DNA of 61,195 bases. Source: Candidatus Micrarchaeia archaeon. Lineage in GTDB: Archaea; Micrarchaeota; Micrarchaeia; Anstonellales; Bilamarchaeaceae. The number at the start of each line of letters is the position of its first letter. Positions within the stretch are counted from its first letter, which is position 1. Under the pieces are notes generated by a model. The model worked only from the letters and a program-made list of their open reading frames with translations, was not told where the DNA came from and ran no database searches. Shown one piece after another: positions 1 through 9,206 of the stretch. The stretch covers positions 1-61,195 of the forward strand of contig JBKHJL010000002.1 in NCBI GenBank assembly GCA_046538155.1, written 5' to 3'. The position numbers and the translations under genes are program-made.

Positions 1-97
1 TCTTCCCGGCGCGCAGAAATGGCCGCCCTCCGGTCGCCTGCACACCGGAAAGCCACCCTCAATTTGTTTTTAAATACCTCTAACTAATTCTATATTT

Positions 98-1633
98 ATG
101 CAAAGGCCTTTAGGAACGGTAATCTCCACGGAGGAGTCCCCCACCACGATGCAGTACGCATTCGTGCTGGATGAGGGCTCCCCGGTAAAGAAAGGCCAGT
201 TTATCCAAACCACCTCCGAAGAGGGCATAATTTTTGGATATGTTTCTGAAATTACAAGAGCAAACCGCTATTTCGAGCGCGCAGAGTCAGTAGCGGAATA
301 TGAACGGGAAACCCCAATCTCAACACATTTTCCAATAAAGAGCTGGGAGTACGCAATTGCTGAGGTCAGGGTGCTGGGAAGGATGCGAAAGCTGGGGGAC
401 AAGTATATACAGTCCAGGGTTTCTCTGCCCCCCTCACCCGGAACAAAAGTAATAGAGGCAGATGAGGGGATGCTTAAGGATTTTGTGGGTTTTGTTCCCA
501 ATGGCCTCCTTTTCGGAAAACTCCAGAACCATGAAGTGGAAGCAAAAATAGATATGACCAGGCTCCTGCAGAAGCACCTTGCGATACTTGCAATGAGCGG
601 TGCAGGAAAATCCCACCTAGCTTCAGTTATGCTTGAGGAACTGCTTGACCGCTCCAAGGAGGATGGGAGGGTTGCCATGGTCATAATAGATATTCATGGG
701 GAGTATGCAGGCTTCAGGCAGGATCCCACGTATGGAAAAAAGATAAGGGTAATAAACGGCAAGGATGTCTGCGTCCCGTTTCGCAGGCTTACTTCTCAGA
801 TGATTTCCTCCTGGGTTTCCATTCCCCCAACAGGCCAGAGGGAACTGGAAAAAGTGCTGAGGGAAATGAAGGGCGAGGAAAAGAACGAGCGTTCCCTCTT
901 CTCTGTAAAAGACCTGATAAAAAGAATTGAGGAAGAACCGATGAGCAACACCATAAAGAGCCCACTACTACGCTCCATTTACGAGCTCCGCAACCTTCGC
1001 CTGGTTTCCCAGTCCAAGGAGAATCCTGACCTCAGGAAAAATGTTTCACCCGGGGAAATGCTTGTTCTGGACCTTTCCGATCTTGACGATATGCGAAAAA
1101 AGAAAGTAATAGTTGCGTATATCGCAGACAGGCTCTTTCGCCTGCGCTCAAAAACCCAGATTCCACCCACATTCCTTCTGGTTGAAGAGGCACACAATTT
1201 TGCCCCTGAGTTCGGAAAGTCCGAGCATAACCCGGACAAGAGGATAATAGAGAAAATTGCAAGGGAGGGAAGAAAATTCGGCCTTGCCCTGGGAATGGTT
1301 TCCCAGCGCCCGGTAAACCTCTCAACTACTGCCCTCAGCCAGGCCAATACACACATACTTTTGCGGGTAACCAATCCCAATGACCTGAAGCACATTGAAG
1401 AATCTGCAGAGGGAATTGACTACAGGATGGCCCGCTCAATAACTTCCCTGAACGTTGGGGAAGCTATTATGGTCGGGGAAGCAGTGCGCTATCCTGTGTT
1501 CCTTGAGGTAAGGGACAGGAAGTCCAAAAAGGTAGAGAGAGGAAAGCCTCTGCATGAGCAGGCAATTGAATATGAAAACAGCTCCAGAAAATCCGAAGAG
1601 GAAGAAGAGGAGGAGCTGGAAGCCTTCCTCTAA
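98..1633 (+). CDS. HerA/DUF87-family P-loop ATPase (HAS-barrel-like N-terminus plus FtsK/HerA-type core)
   Basis: 511-aa ORF. Walker A is LAMSGAGKSH and the Walker B-like segment is FLLVEEAHNF. The conserved tail GLALGMVSQRP...ANTHILLRVTNPND is typical of archaeal HerA-like ATPases. A TATA-like tttttaaata lies about 30 nt upstream of ATG 98. Confidence 0.7.
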   Translation: MQRPLGTVISTEESPTTMQYAFVLDEGSPVKKGQFIQTTSEEGIIFGYVSEITRANRYFERAESVAEYERETPISTHFPIKSWEYAIAEVRVLGRMRKLGDKYIQSRVSLPPSPGTKVIEADEGMLKDFVGFVPNGLLFGKLQNHEVEAKIDMTRLLQKHLAILAMSGAGKSHLASVMLEELLDRSKEDGRVAMVIIDIHGEYAGFRQDPTYGKKIRVINGKDVCVPFRRLTSQMISSWVSIPPTGQRELEKVLREMKGEEKNERSLFSVKDLIKRIEEEPMSNTIKSPLLRSIYELRNLRLVSQSKENPDLRKNVSPGEMLVLDLSDLDDMRKKKVIVAYIADRLFRLRSKTQIPPTFLLVEEAHNFAPEFGKSEHNPDKRIIEKIAREGRKFGLALGMVSQRPVNLSTTALSQANTHILLRVTNPNDLKHIEESAEGIDYRMARSITSLNVGEAIMVGEAVRYPVFLEVRDRKSKKVERGKPLHEQAIEYENSSRKSEEEEEEELEAFL

Positions 1634-2424
1634 TCGTTTTCCACAACATAATTATATAGCATAATTTCTCTTGCCAGTTCAGGGTCCAGGCCATTAAGGC
1701 CCGTTTCATGCTCCAGGTCCGCCACCACTTTCCTCCCAACGCTTGTGGCCCCATCCAACAGGTCTTCAGTTGTGCTGTCCTCCAGGCTCTCCCCGCCAAG
1801 GCCCCGGGCAAGCTTTTCAGTAAGCACAGGAGAATCAATAGTAGTCAGAGCTCTTCGGGCAGCTCCCTGTACATACGGCTCTTCGCAGGAATAAAGCAAT
1901 ATTAAAGCATCCGCCATTTTCCCCTCAGCCCTCTCCATTCTTTCAAAATCTCCTTCCTTTGCAGGTCCGGAGCCGAGACTGCGCTTTATTTTCTCATGGA
2001 CTTCGCTCAGGGAGTTGATTGCCTCCACCCGTACATCAATCCTGTTTGTGTTTCTAAGCGCAGCAACAGACAGCACTTCCAGCGTATCCCAGAGGCCTTC
2101 CGTATCCAGCCTGTCCGAGATTTTCATCATTGCCTCAATTGCTGCATTAACTTCATTTCCTTTTCCGAATTCAATGGAAACCAATGCTTCCTCAAAAGTC
2201 GCATTCAGCGCAATTCTGTCCTCATTAGCTTCCCCTGTCCTGTTTGCAACTATCCGTGTGCTTATCTCATCCCGCCTTTTGGGGTCCACCGGGCGCATCT
2301 TACCGTCAACTATTGCACTGGGCATACCACTCCTTCCCCTAAACCCTCTTCCCGGAGGATTTCGGGGCGGAACAGATGACGAAGTCTGCACCTGCGCTCT
2401 TTGCAATGGCCTGGTCGCTGCCAT
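1630..2424 (-). CDS. hypothetical protein, HEAT/PBS-lyase-like helical repeats
   Basis: The ORF track gives 1630..2514. I prefer the internal ATG at 2424 (MAATRP...) because a TATA-like tttatatttta lies about 25 nt upstream on the minus strand and the 30 upstream codons look non-coding. Segments such as EPYVQGAARRALTTIDSP and RIDVRVEAINSLSEV resemble HEAT-like repeats. Confidence 0.5.
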   Translation of the reverse strand: MAATRPLQRAQVQTSSSVPPRNPPGRGFRGRSGMPSAIVDGKMRPVDPKRRDEISTRIVANRTGEANEDRIALNATFEEALVSIEFGKGNEVNAAIEAMMKISDRLDTEGLWDTLEVLSVAALRNTNRIDVRVEAINSLSEVHEKIKRSLGSGPAKEGDFERMERAEGKMADALILLYSCEEPYVQGAARRALTTIDSPVLTEKLARGLGGESLEDSTTEDLLDGATSVGRKVVADLEHETGLNGLDPELAREIMLYNYVVEND

Positions 2425-2951
2425 TGTACTAGAAGATGTAGATAAAATATAAAAAGCTTCCGATTTACTCCACCTGTTGGACAGTCTTATTAATTTTTCC
2501 GTCCAAATCTCCAATTTAATGAGGCTTAGAGAATTATTAATCCCAGCCAGGGTTTCCCCTCAAAGGAAAAGGATATCCCCCGGGCTTTTTGAGGACCCCC
2601 CGAAATTAAAGTTCCTGAATCAGCTCATATCTAAAGCTTACCTCACTCCCAGCAGGTTCACGGTTAATGAATTGCGCACGATGTCCAGGCTGTCCAGGGA
2701 AATGCTCAGGGAGGGCCCTGGTTCTACCACTAAAGAAAAACTGGAGTTCCACAGGACCAAGCTTCAGTTGTTCTTTTCTTTTGCACGGCTTTCCTGCGCT
2801 TCCAGAAGCAGAGGAGTAAGAAATCTTGCCGAGCGCGAAATGCAGAACGCAAATTGGGATATGAGGGTTTCTCTGGAGAGTATATCTGCCGGGCATGCTG
2901 GAAAGGTTTAAATACATTCACATCCACAAAAGATAACACGCAGGTGACCCA

Positions 2952-3938
2952 ATGCAGGACCAAAAACCTCTTTCATCTCCGGGCAGGGTTCGTCCTCATG
3001 TTTCAAGGAGGCCCTGGCCAGGGCCCAGAACAGAATCCAGGATGCAAAGCCGTTCCCTGGAACTTATCCGCTCTCCTTCCCGGGTGGAAAGGCTTAATTT
3101 CAGGCACCAGGCCTCTGCAGGAAAAGTCCGGGAGCTTTCTGATTCATGGATTTCGTTTATGGATGATGCAACGCCCGAAGAAAGAGATGCGGTCCTACCT
3201 TCTTTTGGAAGGTTTGTTGATGAAATCCTGGAACTTATACACAGGAATCCCGGAGGAGAGGTTGCAAAGAAATTTCTTGAAAGTATCTGCCATCTCTCCC
3301 AGGTCGAGCCCCGGGAACCGATAAAGGCCCTGCTTAAGGTAGCAGAGAGCTATCGTGGAAGGGAGATTTATGATCTTGCAATAGAAGGGGTGGAGATGAA
3401 TGCACATTTCCTTTTTTCAAGCCCGGAGAAAACCCCATATGCACTGATACGCACATTGCTTTCCATTTACGAAAGCGACCCCAAACAGCTTCTACGGCCT
3501 TCGGCAGAAGGCACTGCAAAGTCCCTTTCCGGATTTCTTTTTTCACACAGCAGTTGCCTGATACAGAAGGGGGACAATGATCTGCTCGCGTTTGCCCTTT
3601 CCTGGGGCACAGGGATAGATTCAGAAGACAAAATAAAGCTTATGGAGAAAATCTCTGATTCCCTTGACCACAAATCCCAAATAAATATTTTCACCCGGAT
3701 GCCGTTTCTTTTCAATATGATGCCAGTAAACTCCAACTGCGCAAGGGGAGGGGTTTTACCTGAAGAGATGGAAAAGCGCTTCCCTGAGCTCAAGCGGGTT
3801 CTGGACAATACTGCTGCCAATTCTATAGAAGATGAGATAAATGAAAGACAGTATCTTCTTTATACTGCAATACAGTGTATCGAATCCGCGGGAGCCAATT
3901 TTATGATTTATCCTCATAGGGAGGACCAGCTCCATTAG
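2952..3938 (+). CDS. hypothetical helical protein (start uncertain)
   Basis: 328-aa ORF. The first roughly 69 codons are R/P/S-rich and look non-coding. The in-frame ATG at 3159 (MDDATPEERDAV...) is a more plausible start. I recognised no family motif. Confidence 0.5.
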   Translation: MQDQKPLSSPGRVRPHVSRRPWPGPRTESRMQSRSLELIRSPSRVERLNFRHQASAGKVRELSDSWISFMDDATPEERDAVLPSFGRFVDEILELIHRNPGGEVAKKFLESICHLSQVEPREPIKALLKVAESYRGREIYDLAIEGVEMNAHFLFSSPEKTPYALIRTLLSIYESDPKQLLRPSAEGTAKSLSGFLFSHSSCLIQKGDNDLLAFALSWGTGIDSEDKIKLMEKISDSLDHKSQINIFTRMPFLFNMMPVNSNCARGGVLPEEMEKRFPELKRVLDNTAANSIEDEINERQYLLYTAIQCIESAGANFMIYPHREDQLH

Positions 3939-3980
3939 CCCTTTTTAAGCTGCTCGCCCATATTCCCGCGGTGAGCATAT

Positions 3981-5282
3981 ATGCAGAAGCGTAAGGTACT
4001 TATACTCGGGGCAGCAGGCCGCGATTTCCACAATTTCAATACTTTTTTCCGAAACAATGAAGACTATGAGGTAGTCGGATTTACCGCAGCCCAAATCCCA
4101 GGGATAGAGGAACGGAGGTACCCATCTTCCCTTGCGGGCCCCATCTATCCGGACGGCATCCCTATATTCCAGGAGGAGTATCTTGAGGACATAATAAATG
4201 AAAAGGGCATAAATGATGTTGTTTTCTCCTACTCAGATGTTACACACGAGCACGTAATGCACCTCGCCTCCCGCTCTATTGCTGCAGGCGCATCCTATAT
4301 TCTCCCCGGCCCGAATGATACATGCATCCGCAGCATAAAACCAGTGTTTGCAATCTGCGCAACCCGCACAGGTGCAGGAAAGTCCCCGCTTTCCAAACTC
4401 CTCTCCAAAACCCTGGTGGAAGAAGGAATAAAGCTCGCAGTAATCCGTCACCCCATGCCCTACGGGGACCTGGAAAAACAAGCAGTGCAGCGCTTTTCTT
4501 CCCTGGAGGATTTGGACCGCTACAACTGCACAATTGAGGAACGCGAAGAATATGAAGGCCACATTGAAAACGGAGCCCTGCTTTTCGCGGGAGTAGATTA
4601 CGAAGCAATCCTCCGCAAAGCTGAAAAAGAAGCAGATCTTATCATGTGGGACGGGGGAAACAATGATTATCCCTTTTATTTCCCGGAGCTGCAAATCACT
4701 GTTTCCGATGCCCTACGCCCGGACCACGGCTACCACTACTTCCCGGGTGAGGCAAATCTTCGCATGGCAGATATCGTGCTGATAAGCAAGGCATCCCAAA
4801 ACCCCAAAGGTGCGGAGGAGGCAGCAGTTCTTGCCCAAAAACTAAACCCGGATGCACACATCCTGCGTGCAGACATTGAAGTTTCCTCTCTGGAAGGGCT
4901 GGAAGGCAAAGAAGTGATTGTAGTTGAAGACGGCCCCACCCTTACCCATGGAGGAATGGAATACGGCGCAGGCCTGCTCGCAGCAGAAAAAGCAGGAGCC
5001 AAGCCGGTTTCCCCTGTCCCATATGCAGTTGGCTCAATAAAAGAAGTGTTCAGCAAGTATCCCCACACAACAAAAGTCCTGCCGGCAATGGGTTATGGCA
5101 GAAAGCAGATTGAGGAGCTCCAGAAAACAATAAACTCAATGCCCCCGGATACGGTGGTTTCCGGCACCCCCATGGATATTTCAAAGGCGATAGCCACAGA
5201 AAAGGAGATAATCCAGGTGGAGTATTCTTACCGGAAAAGCGAGGTTGAGCCAATCCTTGAGAAAATCAAATCTCTGCTTTAA
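3981..5282 (+). CDS. COG2403-type predicted P-loop GTPase (cyclic 2,3-diphosphoglycerate synthetase-like)
   Basis: The N-terminus KVLILGAAGRDFHNFNTFFRNNEDYEVVGFTAAQIP and the P-loop ATRTGAGKSP match my recollection of the cDPG-synthetase/predicted GTPase family. A GGTGA Shine-Dalgarno lies about 10 nt upstream. Confidence 0.5.
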   Translation: MQKRKVLILGAAGRDFHNFNTFFRNNEDYEVVGFTAAQIPGIEERRYPSSLAGPIYPDGIPIFQEEYLEDIINEKGINDVVFSYSDVTHEHVMHLASRSIAAGASYILPGPNDTCIRSIKPVFAICATRTGAGKSPLSKLLSKTLVEEGIKLAVIRHPMPYGDLEKQAVQRFSSLEDLDRYNCTIEEREEYEGHIENGALLFAGVDYEAILRKAEKEADLIMWDGGNNDYPFYFPELQITVSDALRPDHGYHYFPGEANLRMADIVLISKASQNPKGAEEAAVLAQKLNPDAHILRADIEVSSLEGLEGKEVIVVEDGPTLTHGGMEYGAGLLAAEKAGAKPVSPVPYAVGSIKEVFSKYPHTTKVLPAMGYGRKQIEELQKTINSMPPDTVVSGTPMDISKAIATEKEIIQVEYSYRKSEVEPILEKIKSLL

Positions 5283-5323
5283 TACATCAATTTTTAAATA
5301 TATCTAATTTTAGATATATACTA

Positions 5324-5728
5324 ATGCCTACATATGAAGATGTTTTCTCCCAAATACCCAAATCAATAAGGGACATATTCCCCCATCCGGAAGGCTGCAA
5401 GCATCCCTCCCTTATGCAGATGCACAAGAAGGTTGCCATGACATATATGCTCTGGCTGATAGAGCGGGAACCAATGACCGGCTACCAGCTAATGAAGCTC
5501 CTTAAAGAGCACCACCACAGGGCAATGGCCACCCCATCCAGGATTTACCCCCTCCTCTCCCGACTTGAGGATGCAGGGCTCCTCCGCTCAAGAACCCTTA
5601 AAAAAGGAAAAAGGGAAAGCAAGCAGTATTCAATTACCAGTAAAGGAAAATTGGTAATAAAAACAACAAGAAAAATACTTTCCAGAATGCTCTGGGGGGA
5701 ATTCCTCCAGGATATCTCAAAAAGGTAG
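5324..5728 (+). CDS. PadR-family winged-helix transcriptional regulator
   Basis: MTGYQLMKLL...IYPLLSRLEDAGLLRS...KQYSITSKGK is the PadR wHTH signature. The TATA box tttttaaatata is centred about 27 nt upstream of the ATG. Confidence 0.8.
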   Translation: MPTYEDVFSQIPKSIRDIFPHPEGCKHPSLMQMHKKVAMTYMLWLIEREPMTGYQLMKLLKEHHHRAMATPSRIYPLLSRLEDAGLLRSRTLKKGKRESKQYSITSKGKLVIKTTRKILSRMLWGEFLQDISKR

Positions 5729-6489
5729 TGCTCATGCCGAAGAAGAAAGAAGAGGAAACAGACAAATGCCCGGTGCTGCGTCTGGATAATGTATGGAAGA
5801 CATATGAGATGGGGAAGGAGAAGGTTCACGCCCTGCGGGAGTTCAGCCTGATGGTTGACGATAATGATTACATGAGCGTAGTAGGCCCGAGCGGGAGCGG
5901 CAAAAGTACCCTGCTCCACATGCTTGGGCTCCTGGATGTTCCAACCAAGGGCAGTGTCCAGATGGATGGAAAAGATGTTTCCAAAATGAGCACAGATGAG
6001 CGGGCAGTCCTCCGCGGAAACAAAATCGGATTTGTTTTCCAGGTATTCAATCTTGTCCCCTCTCTCACCGCGGTGGAAAATGTTGCCCTTCCCATGATGT
6101 TACAGGAGGTTGGAAAGTCCGAGCGGGAGGAAAAGGCAGCAAGGATATTGGATGATCTGGGAATGGGCAAGCGCCTTGATCATCTCCCAAGCGAACTTTC
6201 AGGAGGCCAGCGCCAGAGGGTTGCAATGTCCCGTGCCCTGGTAAATGACCCCGAGCTAATCCTTGCGGATGAGCCCACCGGAAATCTTGATTCAAAAACA
6301 GGCCAGGATGTGGTGGAGCTTTTTGACAAGCTCCACAAGGAGGGCAGAACGATAGTTGTAGTTACGCACGATGAGTCAATTGCAAAGCATGCGGATGAGC
6401 AGGTTTACATAGTAGATGGAATGGTTAAGGAGTGGAAAGGCCGCTCCCACCCAAAGTACACAAGATGCATTTCAAATGGAATGAAGTAG
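5728..6489 (+). CDS. ABC transporter ATP-binding protein (MacB/LolD-like)
   Basis: Walker A GPSGSGKST, ABC signature LSGGQRQRVAMSRAL, Walker B LILADEPTGNLD. The start is GTG 5728 (overlapping the PadR stop) or ATG 5734. Confidence 0.9.
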   Translation: MLMPKKKEEETDKCPVLRLDNVWKTYEMGKEKVHALREFSLMVDDNDYMSVVGPSGSGKSTLLHMLGLLDVPTKGSVQMDGKDVSKMSTDERAVLRGNKIGFVFQVFNLVPSLTAVENVALPMMLQEVGKSEREEKAARILDDLGMGKRLDHLPSELSGGQRQRVAMSRALVNDPELILADEPTGNLDSKTGQDVVELFDKLHKEGRTIVVVTHDESIAKHADEQVYIVDGMVKEWKGRSHPKYTRCISNGMK

Positions 6490-6507
6490 TTTAATCAGGT
6501 GAATTGA

Positions 6508-7995
6508 ATGGAGATTAGGTATGTGCTTTTTGCGCTTATGGTATTTGGATTGGCTTCCGCGGGTTTGAGCATAAGTGATTACACTCTTTCCCCGGAAGTG
6601 GTTGAGCCCGGAACTTCCGGATTTCTCAAGATAACTGTTTCAAACAGTGCCCAGACCGACACGGTTGAAAATGTAGTATTAGAAGTTTCTTCCGTAGAAG
6701 CATTGGGCATAGACCGCAGCTTTTTGGTTGGGGACTTGGAAGCAATGTCTTCTGTAATGGTTTCCCTTCCTTTTTCTGCTTCAGAAGACATCTCAAGCGG
6801 CTATTATACAGTTGAAGCAAAGGCAACCGGAAGGACCAAGGATTACTATCTTGACAGCGACAACAAGTTGAAATCAAATACAAAATCATTTACAAAGCGC
6901 GCAACAATTCCGGTAGAGGTTGTTGAGCAGCCGGTGATTTCCGTTTTCCTTTCCGAAGAAAGCATAGAAGACCTGACCCAGGAGATGTTTACATTAACAA
7001 ACGAGGGAGGAACGGCAAAAAGGATAAAGGTGTCTATCCTTAATGAGGGCATTGGATTCCTCAGCCAGGACCAGCTTTATCTGGAAGAGCTGGAGAAGTC
7101 CGAAACACTAAATGCAACTCTTGATGCACGCGGCTCGGATGAAGGCGCAGCCAAGCTCCAGCTCCAGCTCATTTACCAGAACGAGCTCGGAACCGAGGTA
7201 ACCGAAACCAGGACAATACCTGTCACAGTGAAGAAAGGCAAGGGCAATTTTGTTTTTGTCCAGGAAGAGCCCATAGTTACAGGGGAGGGGGACAATCTAC
7301 AGCTCACTCTCACAAACGAGGGGAATGCAATCTCCGACCTCCGCTTCACTTTCCACTCAGATGATGTGCGTCTTCAGGGGCTGAATGAGTTTAGGGTGGG
7401 CGACCTGGGCAAGGATGAAGCAATCAGCCTGAGCGTTCCGCTTGTTGCTGACCTGGAGCCGGGAACGAAGAATGTTGCCCTTGACTTGACATGGGAGGAA
7501 TCAGGGGAAGACCGCATGGGCACAGTAACAATGCCCCTGAAAGTAATCTCTGATTCAAGCGTGGGCGTTTACCTTGAGGCAAACCCCGCCCCTCTCATAT
7601 CAGGGAATGAACACACTCTTTCAGTAACCGTTTCCAACCTTGGCTCCTATGGTATTGAAGGAACCACTGTTGAGGTTTCCAGTGAAGCGTTTGAACTCCT
7701 TACAGTGCAGCCCCAGCAATACATAGGTGGCCTGGAAAGTGACGATTTCTCCAGCGTCCAGTACAAGGTGAGGGTAAAACAACTTGAGCCCGGAAAATAT
7801 CCTGCTTCTGTAACTGTGTTGTTCAAGGATGCTTCCGGGGAATGGATAACTGTTGAAAAAGACATTGAGATACGGATTTCCGAGCCTGTTTCAGAAGATG
7901 ATTCCCTCATTCCGCTTGTAATCGGGATAGTGGCAATTGCAGCAGCAGCTTACTGGTGGTTTAAGCTTAGAAATAAAGGGAAGGAAAACAAATGA
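6508..7995 (+). CDS. secreted repeat protein (CARDB/COG1361 S-layer-domain-like) with C-terminal TM anchor
   Basis: It has an N-terminal signal/TM segment (VLFALMVFGLASAG). Repeated beta-rich modules follow the pattern PG..g.l.vtvsN.G. The C-terminus is a TM plus basic tail (LVIGIVAIAAAAYWWFKLRNKGK). It is embedded between ABC genes, a common arrangement for archaeal MacB-type systems. Confidence 0.55.
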   Translation: MEIRYVLFALMVFGLASAGLSISDYTLSPEVVEPGTSGFLKITVSNSAQTDTVENVVLEVSSVEALGIDRSFLVGDLEAMSSVMVSLPFSASEDISSGYYTVEAKATGRTKDYYLDSDNKLKSNTKSFTKRATIPVEVVEQPVISVFLSEESIEDLTQEMFTLTNEGGTAKRIKVSILNEGIGFLSQDQLYLEELEKSETLNATLDARGSDEGAAKLQLQLIYQNELGTEVTETRTIPVTVKKGKGNFVFVQEEPIVTGEGDNLQLTLTNEGNAISDLRFTFHSDDVRLQGLNEFRVGDLGKDEAISLSVPLVADLEPGTKNVALDLTWEESGEDRMGTVTMPLKVISDSSVGVYLEANPAPLISGNEHTLSVTVSNLGSYGIEGTTVEVSSEAFELLTVQPQQYIGGLESDDFSSVQYKVRVKQLEPGKYPASVTVLFKDASGEWITVEKDIEIRISEPVSEDDSLIPLVIGIVAIAAAAYWWFKLRNKGKENK

Positions 7996-9206
7996 GGTTC
8001 TGGGACGTTGCCAAATATTCATTTGGCCACCTGAAGCACAGAGGCCTGCGCACCTGGCTCACCCTTCTCGGGGTAGTGGTGGGCATAGCGGCAGTTGTCC
8101 TGCTTGTGGGGCTTGCCCAGGGCCTCCGCGCAGGCGTTTCAGAGGAGCTTGAGCTCTTCGGCCCGGACCTCATCGTGGTCCTCCCCATAAACCTGGAGGG
8201 CGGGGCATTTGCAGGCCCAACTTCTCTCCGCCCCACATCAGGCAAGCTTTTTGACAAAGATGTTGACATAGTAAAAAAAACTGAGGGGGTGGACGTAGTT
8301 ACAAGAGCAATATACACAAATGCAGACTTGAAATACAAGCGGGAAAGCGTAAGTTCTACAGTATATGGGATGGAAACAGACACCTACCAGGATACCATGG
8401 TCCTGAGGGAGCTGGATGAGGGGCGCCTCCTTGAGCCGGGTGACCGCAAGGTAGCGCTTATAGGCGCAACAATCGCCTATGATACTTTTGATGAAGAACT
8501 GCGCGCAAACTCATTTCTGGAAATTGCAGGGGAAAAGTACCGGGTAGTGGGCATACTGAGCGAAACAGGGAGCAGCTACTCAAACGTGGATTCCATGATA
8601 ATAATACCCTTTGAGGATGCCCAGCGCATTGCAGGAAACACGATTGCCGACCGCGAGGTGAGCGCAATCCGGGTAAAGATTTCCGAAGGATACGAGCCGT
8701 TTGAAGTGGAGGAAAATATAGAATGGGCCCTCATGAAGCACCGCGGCATAACAGAAGACGACAAGGATTTCAGCATGATAAGCGCCCGCTTCATACAGGA
8801 GCAGGTGGATTCCATACTCGGCGCCCTGACTGTTTTCCTGATGATTGTTTCCGGCATCTCCCTGCTTGTGGGCGCAATAGGAATCTCCAACACAATGTTC
8901 ATGAGCGTTCTTGAGCGCACCCGGGAGATAGGCGTCCTCAAGTCCATAGGCGCAACGTCCAGGCAGATACAGGATGTTTTCCTGATGGAGGCTTCAATGG
9001 TAGGGGTTTCCGGGGGAATCCTTGGGCTGGTTGTGGGGGCGCTTCTGGTCGAGCTTGTAATATTTTTTGGATTTGATGCAGTGCTCTCCATTGAAATGGC
9101 AGCAATTGCGTTCATGGTTTCTGTAGGTGTGGGAATATCTGCCGGGACGATTCCCGCAAAGAATGCTTCAAAGGTCCCGGCGATAGAAGCACTGAGGTAT
9201 GAATGA
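7992..9206 (+). CDS. ABC transporter permease, FtsX/MacB family
   Basis: It has an N-terminal TM, a large extracytoplasmic domain and then a C-terminal FtsX-like bundle (GISNTMFMSVLERTREIGVLKSIGAT...). It overlaps the upstream stop by 4 nt. Confidence 0.85.
   Translation: MRFWDVAKYSFGHLKHRGLRTWLTLLGVVVGIAAVVLLVGLAQGLRAGVSEELELFGPDLIVVLPINLEGGAFAGPTSLRPTSGKLFDKDVDIVKKTEGVDVVTRAIYTNADLKYKRESVSSTVYGMETDTYQDTMVLRELDEGRLLEPGDRKVALIGATIAYDTFDEELRANSFLEIAGEKYRVVGILSETGSSYSNVDSMIIIPFEDAQRIAGNTIADREVSAIRVKISEGYEPFEVEENIEWALMKHRGITEDDKDFSMISARFIQEQVDSILGALTVFLMIVSGISLLVGAIGISNTMFMSVLERTREIGVLKSIGATSRQIQDVFLMEASMVGVSGGILGLVVGALLVELVIFFGFDAVLSIEMAAIAFMVSVGVGISAGTIPAKNASKVPAIEALRYE

Noticed and set aside
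98-1633. HerA-like ATPase as the VirB4/CedB-type motor of a conjugation-like system together with the six membrane paralogs
   Set aside because: It lies about 38 kb away on the other side of many housekeeping genes. It has a HerA-type N-terminal barrel and no TM segment, and no VirB2/CedA1-like small genes are adjacent. No sequence evidence links them.
2477-2911. 144-aa plus-strand ORF in the long gap between the divergent genes
   Set aside because: The product is R/S/L/P-rich with no recognisable motif, and alternative frames on both strands are equally open. I treated it as probably non-coding, and it is covered by the candidate ncRNA finding.
3118-3135. caggaaaagtccgggagc, resembling the RNase P RNA CR-I (GAGGAAAGUCCGGGC)
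   Set aside because: I could not find the partner CR-V (ACAGAAnnnGGCUUA-type) downstream. The sequence 3' of the motif runs into a plausible protein-coding frame (from 3159), and no P1-P3 context is evident. I therefore did not call it an RNase P RNA gene. It is kept only as part of the candidate ncRNA region finding.
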